This document shows, in pieces, positions 24,466-33,205 of a DNA stretch of 64,000 nt. The notes under the pieces were generated by a model that worked only from the letters and a program-made list of their open reading frames with translations, ran no database searches and had not been told where the DNA came from. Both the position numbers and the translations under genes were made by a program. How positions within the stretch are numbered: the first letter of the stretch is position 1; each line of letters starts with the position of its first letter. This stretch comes from Cladosporium halotolerans. Its lineage: Eukaryota. The stretch is from contig NW_027191481.1 in the NCBI RefSeq assembly GCF_011745625.1, forward strand, positions 1-64,000. The letters are read 5' to 3'.

Positions 24466-25006
24466 GAGAAATAGAGGCGAGCAGAAACGCATGTAGATAA
24501 TCGATTTGTACCATGATCTGTCTACCATTGAACCAGCCATGCCTCCGTACTCTCACAGCTTCGCGGTGTTCATGTCTCGCCGGACTAGTGATCTACATTA
24601 GTGAGAAAAGGGCTTGAAGCAGCAGAGAACGAGCAACAAAATCACGAAGGGGTTTCTGCGCTCTCGCTGGGAAGCCCAGCAAACCGACGCTTGGTATTGC
24701 TGGTACGAGCTCAAATCAGGTAAAAGAGTCTCGTGTGACATCCGCATGCTACAACCGCATGCTCTCAATGGACAGCCCTCCGTTCTGCTAGTCAGGCTCG
24801 ATGGTATCAACCTCACAGCAACGGAGAGAAAGCTGCTGGTCAGATTCCCGTCTCCTCCTCTTTCTGGTCGATCTCGTCCACCGCTGTAAAGAGAAGGTTA
24901 CACGCCTTTGCGCGCTCTCGATGGGAAGCCTTGTTTCTCGACACCTGAGCACGATGGTACGAGCATCGCGGCAACAGAGAAACCCTTGCCATTTCAATGT
25001 TCTAAA

Positions 25007-25086
25007 GGATCCATCTTGGCCGCCACCTCATGAAAGAGGGGTGTTACACCCTGACACCGCGCTGAGGTGTGGATCCATCGCCAGGG
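25007..25086 (-). ncRNA. Putative HDV-like self-cleaving ribozyme, copy B
   Basis: Minus strand reads P1 CCCUGGC, J1/2 GAU, P2 GGAUCCAC, P3 ACC, L3 UCAGCGC, P3' GGU, P1' GUCAGGG, P1.1 UG, UAA, P4 CACCCCUC-UUUCAU-GAGGUGGCG, J4/2 GCCAA (putative catalytic C at 25019), P2' GAUGGAUCC. This is the nested double-pseudoknot order of HDV-like ribozymes. The C(+1)-G pair is atypical. Confidence 0.75.
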
Positions 25087-25130
25087 TGGGTTTTTATAGA
25101 GGTTTGCCCGCCTCTAGGGATCCTAACTAA

Positions 25131-26495
25131 TTAGTTAGGATAGTCGTTAGCAGAAGACTCACCTGGTGCAGGTGAAGTCGCAGGAGAGGCACCGGGTGCC
25201 GGTGCGGTAGCGTCTGACGCTGGTGCAGTCGTAGTCGAAGCACCAACGGTGGGTGCATTCGGGTCGTGAGGCTGGACGCCTTGGTCGCTGCCAGCATCTT
25301 GTGCTAACAGTAGTTGCGGGTTAGTAAACCGCGTCGAAGTATTCGCGTGCCAAGTCTGCGAGGAAGGTTGCGTTTTCTGCTTCTTCCTCCTCTTTGGAGG
25401 CCCTAAGGGAATAGGCTTGAGTCCCATCGTCGGGAATGTCATAACGTGACGATTGAACGCCATGATATCAGCTAAGGAAGTAGGTGTTTGAGTCGGTGCA
25501 GGTGCTGCACCTTGTCCATCACGAACAATGCCCCGGTCGTGATCTAATAGGGCAATGGTGAGTTTAATGGTATCATCCACTGGCCTTGTCCGCATTGAGT
25601 GTTTGATTAGCTCCATCGTTTCTGGTGTAGGATGCCAGTTTTCAGTATCGCCGGTCTTGGTTCTCCGCTCAGGCTCAGGAGAGAGAGAAAAGTCCGCCCA
25701 AGGGTTGACTCGAGGGCGTTGGCCAGATTGGATGGCGACATGCATGTCCATGTTCGCCTTCCAGCTGCGGACGTGGTGCGTGCCCTGGGCATCCGGTCGC
25801 GGGTGAACAGTCAAACATTGGCAGCACCAATGCACAGGGACAATGAATTTTCCATTTTCTTGTCTTTTGTTGTTAGTAGGCTCGATTGAGTCTGAAAAGT
25901 CAATGCGTCTCCTTGGACGTTCAGTAGGGTTTGCTTGATGTTCAGCAACCCGGTTACCTTGAGGGACAGCGGTATGTCTACTGTCCCGTTTCTTGAAAGA
26001 AGGCTCGATCGATGCGTCTTCGGTTTCGAAGCGTCTCTTCCGGCCTGTAGTGGCGGCTGCTTGATGCTCAGCAGCCTCAGTAGCTTGAGCGACATTGCCG
26101 TACGGCAAGGCCTGATGCTCAGTAGAAGTTCCCTCCGCGTGCGAAAGGGATTGCGCAGCAGACATATTGTCTGCTGCGGTAGAAGCAGCAGCGACATGAT
26201 AGTCACTTCTGTGAGAAGCCGGCGTGGCATCGCCACGCACGGTAGGTTGGAGCGCAGCCTCGGGCCGCGTACAATCGTCCTGCGCCATGGGGTCCGCCAT
26301 GGCGAGCGGCGGTGTGGAAAGGGAACGCGAACGTCGAGTGAAATTTGTGGAAGTAAACACAAAGCTCCAATTGCCGTGACGCATTACGCGCAGACGTGCC
26401 TGTATGTACGCACCGATCCTAGGTAACCTCACCTCACCCCGTCGTACCCACTCACCATACTCGTCTCCTTTACTCTCGCCGTCTTTTTCGTCCAT
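25131..26495 (-). CDS. Orphan ORF (~454 aa from first ATG; 484 aa from upstream TTG) between the two ribozyme folds
   Basis: Long uninterrupted frame with no recognisable family. It has an internal ~40-aa duplication, a CCQCxxxH...HH cluster and a basic NLS-like PPKRRKKQK. Codon usage is less GC3-biased than neighbouring genes. Confidence 0.55.
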   Translation of the reverse strand: MDEKDGESKGDEYGEWVRRGEVRLPRIGAYIQARLRVMRHGNWSFVFTSTNFTRRSRSLSTPPLAMADPMAQDDCTRPEAALQPTVRGDATPASHRSDYHVAAASTAADNMSAAQSLSHAEGTSTEHQALPYGNVAQATEAAEHQAAATTGRKRRFETEDASIEPSFKKRDSRHTAVPQGNRVAEHQANPTERPRRRIDFSDSIEPTNNKRQENGKFIVPVHWCCQCLTVHPRPDAQGTHHVRSWKANMDMHVAIQSGQRPRVNPWADFSLSPEPERRTKTGDTENWHPTPETMELIKHSMRTRPVDDTIKLTIALLDHDRGIVRDGQGAAPAPTQTPTSLADIMAFNRHVMTFPTMGLKPIPLGPPKRRKKQKTQPSSQTWHANTSTRFTNPQLLLAQDAGSDQGVQPHDPNAPTVGASTTTAPASDATAPAPGASPATSPAPGESSANDYPN

Positions 26496-26856
26496 GCGCC
26501 TGATGTGATTTAGTTCTATTGCAAGTTGCCGCTGTCTTCTGGTATAGAACGAAAACAATCGCACATGTGAAAGCTTTTGATACAAAGTCTCTAGGCGAAG
26601 ACTTCAGCTCGGAGACATAGCACGCTATCATGCTTTTCCATACGGGGAAAGGAACCTCGGGGAACTTTGATTCATGAAGCTCACTGGCGGCTCTGGCTGA
26701 TATAAGAACTCGGCATATTCGATGGGCCTTGTTGAATGAGAAGGGCAATTGGCTCATTTCAATGCTCCAACGTTAGCAAGTCACTGGACGGTTGAAACCA
26801 TTCTGTCGTGTTGTGAAGGGTTTATTTGAAAGTATCAACTGTGCGTATATATGCTT

Positions 26857-26934
26857 GGATCCATCTTGGCCGTCACTCGATTCGAGTACCGTTACACCCT
26901 GACACCACGTTGAGGTGCGGATCCATCGCCAGGG
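26857..26934 (-). ncRNA. Putative HDV-like self-cleaving ribozyme, copy A
   Basis: Minus strand reads P1 CCCUGGC, GAU, P2 GGAUCCGC, P3 ACC, L3 UCAACGU, GGU, P1' GUCAGGG, P1.1 UG, UAA, P4 CGGUACUCG-AAU-CGAGUGACG, J4/2 GCCAA (putative catalytic C at 26869), P2' GAUGGAUCC. Same topology as copy B with a different but still paired P4. Confidence 0.75.
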
Positions 26935-26966
26935 AGGGTTTTTAACGAGGTTTGCCCTTGCCTCGC

Positions 26967-27380
26967 CCACCTCTTACTGGTGGGGCCCTTCCTCCACGCC
27001 CTCTACACCCTCTATCCTCCATCTTCCCATCCTCCCCGTCCTCCCCAACAATGGTGGCGCCACCATTCTTGCCCCTCCCTCCTCCTTCCTCCACGCCCTC
27101 TACACCCTCCATCCTCCATCCTCCCCGTCCTCCCCAACTACCATCCTCCTTCCTCCCATCCTCCAACCTCCCATCCTCCAACCTCCCATCCTCCAGCCTC
27201 CATCCTGCGTCCTCCCCCCTCTCCATACCCCCTCCTCCCTCCTCCCCAGCCTCCATCCTCCATCTTTCCCATCTTCCCATCCTCCATATCCTTCCCAGCC
27301 TACCCAGCCTCCGTCCTTCCTACCACAACCCTCCACCCTCTCCACCCTCTCCATCCTCCCCCGTCCTCCCCATCCTCCCC
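26967..27380. repeat. Polypyrimidine/polypurine low-complexity tract (CCATCCTCC-type units; GGA-rich on the minus strand)
   Basis: ~410 bp that is almost G-free on the plus strand. It includes a ~15-bp unit CCTCCCATCCTCCAA about three times (~27152-27196) and a 25-bp duplication (26988-27012 and 27085-27109). Confidence 0.9.
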
Positions 27381-27875
27381 TGTCGAGCGATATCGAGAGT
27401 GTTGCTGAGTTCCGGTTCGTATCGATCGGGGCGCTGTATCGGGTACTGAATAATCTGTCGGGTTATTTCGAGGGCGTTGTCAAGCTGCGGTTAGTATCCA
27501 TCGGGGCACTACATACGTCTTTGAGAGGCTCTCGGGAGGTGTCGAAGGTGTCGCTGAGTTCCGGTTCGTATCGATCGGGGCGCTGTATCGGGTGCTGAAT
27601 AATCTGTCGGGTCATTTCGAGGGGGTTGTCAAGCTGCGGTTAGTATCAATCGGGGCACTACATACGTCGTTGAGAGGCTCTCGGGAGGTGTCGAAGGTGT
27701 CGCTGGGCTGCGGTTCGTATCGGTCGTGTCGCTGTGTCGGGTGCCGGAAGGCTGTCGGGAGACGTCGAGGGTGTCGGTGAGCGGCGGTTCGTATCGATCG
27801 TGATAGCTATATCGGTTGTTGAAAGGCTGTCGAGAGATGTCGAGGGTGTTGCTGAGCTACGGGTTGTACCAATGA
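27380..27875. repeat. Tandem array of 74-75-bp units (~6.5 copies) with a 149-bp higher-order dimer
   Basis: Units start at 27401, 27476, 27550, 27625, 27699, 27773 and 27848, with core GCTGAG..CGGTTCGTATCGATCGG. Segments 27401-27549 and 27550-27698 are near-identical. Confidence 0.92.
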
Positions 27876-28429
27876 TTATATGAAATGAAAATCGCGCCTT
27901 TGCGAGTGACAATGTAGAGGCGGGAACAGAAAGTTGCGAGCGCAGGTGAAAATTTTTATTGCCTCGTGTGCGACGGGACCGGGATGGCTAATCCCGCTCT
28001 CAGGAAGAGTGGAAGGAGCGCGCGTGAGGAAGGAGCGCTCGGGTGCCGCCCGCTTGGTGGCGGTGAAGTGAGGTTAGGTTGGCACGTGATGAGGCCTGAA
28101 CATATCCAACTTACCGCGCGACCCGACGCTATTGGTAAGACAGTCGCCATTCTTGTTGCCATGAACTTCCTGTACGTGAGACGGTTCACTTGCATGGAGT
28201 GGTAGTAATGGAGTGTAATAGTGTATGAATTAAGAAGGAACATTTCATACTGTGTAAAGCAAAGCAGCTAGCGGTGAAAAGCTACTCACAGGCCCTAAAT
28301 TACTCCAGAATCCATCTTATAACGAAAACCCCAGGTTCACCATCGTTCTGATCGTCGTACCTTCACTGTCTGCCAGCCGTGCTGTGAGGGTTATGGATGA
28401 AGTCCACGGGGTTTCAATGGCTGTGCCAA

Positions 28430-29580
28430 TCAAACGACGGAAGGCTTCTGCACCGGGCTCTCCGATCGAGTCGACTCAGTCATGGTAGAGTACGGCGCAG
28501 AGCTGGAAGCCTCCTCCTGCGCCCTTTCCATTGCCTCAACCCGCTGCTCCTCGCTCAGCAGTGCATTGTCAGGGGGCAGCACATTGGCACTGCCAGTCGC
28601 TGCGTTGAGCTCCTCCGCGCCGCCACCAGGCTGACCAAGCATGGCGTTCGCGCCTAGTTTGCCACTCTGCATTGAAATGCGAGCGTGGCTCGGCTGCCAG
28701 GTTCTGAGACCTTCCTCGGCATCATTCAGTGTCTGCCTTGCGGGCTCCGCGCCGTTGTATGCGGGACGTTCCTCTCCGGGAACAATGGGGGTATCGTCGA
28801 GGAGATTGATGAGCTGTCGTGCTTGGGTGGCGAGCAGGATTTGCTTCTCGGCGCGCTCAATGATGGCTGCAGTGTGAAGATCGTAAGCTTCCTTGAACTT
28901 CTGTCGGGTGATGTTGGTGAGCTGGGCTTCGGCGACGAGAGATTGTGCCTCAGCGCGGACAAGCTCCTGCTCAAGGGTGATGAGCTTCGTGGATTCGGGC
29001 TCTTTGTATTTGAGCTTTTGGATCTCATCTTGAATCTGTGGTGAGATTGCGTTAGCTTGCTTTCAAGTTGCATCACTTGACATGCCAAAGGCGTACCTTC
29101 TGCTTGTGTGTCCTGCTGGGCTGCACTGAGCTTTCCGTGTTACGGATTTGCTTCAACACGGTCCGGCTATCCTCGAGTCCCTGAGCAAAGAGGTCCTCTT
29201 GTTCTGCAATCTCTGCCAGAAGCACTCCCAGCTTGTCACTGATATCACTCAACGCCTCATCTTCAGTACTCTCACCCCAGTCGCTCAGCTGTCCAGCAAT
29301 CGACGCGCCCTCCTTGGAAGCGTTCTCGTATGCACTGATGGCATGGTTCTCGGACTTGATTAGGCGATACAGGCGCTTGGAGAGCTCCGGCTGCTGAGAT
29401 CCGCGCAGCGAGGCCAGGGAAAAGTGGGGTTTGCTGGAGGTACCTCCAGAGGTATTGCTACCCTTGGAGCGAACAGAGTGAGAGCGTCCGATATTCCTGC
29501 AGCATGTTAGATTCGTTTCTAGTTAAGAAACGGATGTACAAGCAGCTTGCTGGTGCTTGAAGTGCAGTATTCGCGTACAT
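28430..29580 (-). CDS. Eisosome BAR protein of the Pil1/Lsp1 family, 3 exons
   Basis: QQPELSKRLYRLIKSENH, QLSDWGE, DISDKLGVLLAEI, IRNTESSVQPSR, KLKYKEPESTKLITLEQELVRAEAQSLVAEAQLTNITRQKFKEAY and LLDDTPIVPGE. Introns at 29497-29578 (splits the ATG) and 29036-29096. Confidence 0.93.
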
Positions 29581-30514
29581 GGTGAGGAGCTTCTTCGGCA
29601 GGGTCTGAAGCTGATCTGCGGTCTCTTCTATTCTCGTATGTTTCAGATAAAGTGCGATCTGCCGGCAAGAATTAAAGCAACAGTATGTATTTCTGACGGC
29701 GGCGCGAGGTTCTTCCTCCTCTTCAGATGCCGCAAAGCAGGAAGAAGGAAGTAGGCGGATGCTACGTCATTGTGGTTGCGAGCCCCGCCGAAAAGTGCTT
29801 GGGGAAGCGCGGCGTGTGATCTGCTTGTTTGAGCGATCAGGTGCGGATCGTCGCATGCTGCATTCACATGAAGATTCAGCTTTTTAGTATAGACCCTTTA
29901 ATCAGCATTAATGCTAATATGCAATTTTTGAAGGGACTCGAGAATAGTGGATGCCTTTAAGACCTGCTTTTCCCCGAGCCTGAAGCATTCCGTGCCCTAG
30001 TGCTAGATGCATGCTGCCGTCAGCAGCCGAAGAACGACATCGTCTTGCTGATTCTTACGATATCATACAATCATTGCTAGCGCACATCATTTGATATTGC
30101 CATTGATCACTTAGACTGCCAAAAGCGTCCATTGGCTTTCCACCAGTACCAACGCATCCACAAGCACTCGTACGATAGTGACGGTCTGCTGGATTCTCAA
30201 GCTTCCAGTAACCCTAGTTCAACCCCAACCCTAACCCTACTTTCAAAGCCACCCCTTCTGGAAATGCGAAACGGACCAAAACGCGGCAGCTCGATAAGTC
30301 TGCAACCTCGTCTTTGAAAATTTTGACATCAGACGTTTCACAGTCATCGCGATATGTTTTCGGGACGTTTTTGGTGAGTTGTGCAGATCAGCGGTCTTTG
30401 CGAAAGAAACTAGGAACAGAGTGGACATCGTCGTTAAACTCGCTAGAACCTCTACTCGTCATACTGCCTGGTACTTCATCACGATAACTATCGAACTGAC
30501 TACCTTTGCGCATA

Positions 30515-31777
30515 CTAAGCCGTAACTTTCAACACCGCTCTGCCTGGCAACTTGCCGTGCACCATCATTTCGCAGAACTTGTCGACATCGTCCAAGGTGC
30601 CCCTGGTGAGGATTGGGTGGACCAAATCTCTGGCGGTAAAGTCAAGCCTAAATCGAAGTACAGTGTCAGTAACCCTCGCTGTCAGTCCCAACATGAATGG
30701 CGATCATCCTTACGCTTCTTCCACTTCCTGTGAGATGTGTTAGCCGAGTAGACACGAAGAGGACGACAACAGAACAGACCTTCAAAGTCCCCGTCACACT
30801 ACCGACAACGTTCAGTCTCTTCATGGCCATCATTATCGGTGGCGCTCCCGCAACAACGGTAGGATCTGCCGGAAGACCGACAGACACGACCGTACCGCCA
30901 GGGCGCAGCAAGCCCGGAGCAGAAGCGTAGCTCTCCTTTGAGGCCGCGAAGACAACAACACCATGAGCGCCATACTTGGTGATTCGCATAACCTCAGCAG
31001 CCATGTCGCTGACGGCCGTGAAGTCAAGATACTCCTCCGCGCCAAGGTCCTTGCACAGCTTGCCTTTCTCCTCACCACCGTCGACAGCGATCACACGCAT
31101 GCCCATAGCTTTGGCGTACTGAACGCCCAGATGGCCGAGGCCGCCTCCAGCGCCGGAGATGACGATCCACTGGCCTGGCCGTACGGCGCTGCGCTTGCAA
31201 GCGACGTAGGCCGTGACGCCGCCGCACATGATGGGTCCGGCCTCTTCGTCAGAGACAGCATCTGGGAGTCTATGCGATCGTCAACATCGATAGAGGCTTG
31301 TCGGTAGCTCAGCAGACGGTGGTACCTTGTGGCGTATCTCCCATCGGTGACACAGTACTCCTGAAAAGTACCAGGCATCGTAAAACCAGAATTAAGCTGC
31401 TTAGGACAATGCAACTCGTCCGTGCCGTTGAGGCAAAACTCGCACTGCTTGCACGTACTCACCACCCACTTGATACCCGCTCGGTCGCCCACTTGCCACA
31501 TGTCCTGCACGTCTGGATGGACCGCAACGACTTCGCCAGCGCCTTCGTGGCCGGCGATACCGCGTGTGACGTCCTGCATCTTGACGCCGAATGCAGACCA
31601 CTCATCGTGCAGAAGTGACTTGTCAGAGGCGCAGAGACCGGTCCAATTGATTTTAACGAGGATTTGTCCAGGAGCCAGCTGTTGCGCTTGAGGGACGGGG
31701 ACACGTTGGACGGGTGCTTTGGCTTCGTTTCCGGAGCCTGATTTCACTGCGGCGTTTTGCTCTGACGGGAGGCCCAT
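30515..31777 (-). CDS. Zinc-dependent alcohol dehydrogenase (MDR family), 4 exons
   Basis: Motifs GLCASD, GHEGAG, CKQCEFC...C, MCGGVTAY and GAGGGLGHLG. Introns at 31270-31325, 30728-30779 and 30648-30713, with a 14-nt micro-exon at 30714-30727. Confidence 0.95.
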
Positions 31778-33205
31778 TGTCGATGACAGCTGAGGTGTTG
31801 TGGGAATTACACTAGTAACGTAGACAAATGTGATCGTCCCTGCCTTGTATAAAATCAAACTTGCTTTGTAGGGACGCTGCTTTCAGCTGAATATAAGTAC
31901 GGTCTGGATCTCAAGTGGCACGACCCCGCATCTGACATTGCAGAAGCGAACAGGCATTGAGGGCACTCAGCCGCGGCTTGAGACTGTAAGAGCTAAAGAG
32001 ATACGAAGTAGCAAGGAACCAGATACAGCCTGGAAATAGCTTGGACTGGTTTCCGGGCGGGGTACTACTATGTAGTGTTATAGTGGTACACCTCGGCTTC
32101 AGTCTTATGCCGATCTTGCATCATTAACCAGTTATGTCCTAAGTACATATCAGTGCCGCAATGAGGTATGCCCAGCAGAAGTGCTGATAAGGCGAGTCTC
32201 CCAACCTTTTTAGGCGTAGGTGTAGCAAGAGGTCGCTCGAGGACAATTTGATTTCGCCAGTCACCATGGGCCGCACTTTAGTTTTGCCCATCCCATTCCT
32301 CCCTTGTCCTCACGTGGAAAGAGCATGTCGCTCATTGGCCGTCGCTCATTGGCGCATCAGGATCACACCAGACCAACACATACGGGCAATTGCTGACCTC
32401 ACGCTGACCGGGAGGATGTGTTGCATGGGATACCGCTTTGGCCGTAGCGTTCGGCAACAAGACCAGTACATCCATCGCAGACTTCGCTCTTCACTCCAAA
32501 TGCCAAAAGGTCAATACATTGAGCCAACCGGTCCGTCAACGATCAGTGGGGTTGACGAGGACTGAGGGCTCGGTAGTCGTGGTTGCAGGAAGCTCGATAA
32601 CCTCTGCGACACGTGGTGACAATACCAGTATTTCTCCAGTATCATGGAAAACAGTCAGCGAGTCCTGACCCTCACAGCGGTGTAAAGATGGACCGTGACG
32701 CTTCCACCCTTTGAAGAACCAGCAGCCGTGAAAGATTCCTACAACCCAAGTCTATTGCCAACCATCTTTTCGCAAGGCACCAGCACAATCTGATGTGCAC
32801 CATCCGTTGCCCACGCACTCCGCCCTGACAAATCTGCAGTCTGTGTGGATGGTTTGCATAGTCGTCGGTTGGGTAATGTCTGCGAGAGGATCGAGTACCA
32901 GTGTGCTTGCCGTGGTCATGCTGAAATCTGCGGAAATTGCAATGATCGAAACTGTTGCCGGAGGGTTCCTGCTCAATTAGTATGAAAGCCTAAAAGAGGT
33001 TAAGCAAAAGAAAACATTATTGGCAAGCAAATGACAATTTCTGTCCGTCAACGTTCGTAAGGTGGGTAATTGAGGCTGTGGGACTGTCGACATAGGTATT
33101 TGACGCGCAAGAAAGGCTTTGCATTCAAGCTAGACTTCCGCTAGCACACATGAACTCCGAATCGCATCCCAGCAGTTGTTGCATTCCATCCATTGCGCAC
33201 AACCT

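Noticed and set aside
26915..27598. Pro/Ser-rich and Gly/Glu-rich ORFs
   Set aside because: They are artefacts of the stop-poor low-complexity tract, which is open in most frames.
27380..27875. CRISPR-like array
   Set aside because: The units are similar along their whole length with no unique spacers, there are no cas genes, and the context is eukaryotic.
24550..28100. Autonomous LTR, LINE or Helitron element
   Set aside because: No RT, integrase, transposase or helicase motifs; the repeats lack TG...CA ends; no TSD or poly(A) tail was identified.
29600..30500. Telomerase RNA gene suggested by CCCTAA repeats
   Set aside because: The interval is under 1 kb, shorter than known filamentous-ascomycete telomerase RNAs, and no pseudoknot or CR4/5 element was recognised.
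32250..32980. Possible degraded gene fragments in intergenic DNA (also 17000-17450, 35200-35950, 42800-43230)
   Set aside because: Only short interrupted frames with no recognisable domain; a tBLASTx search would be needed.
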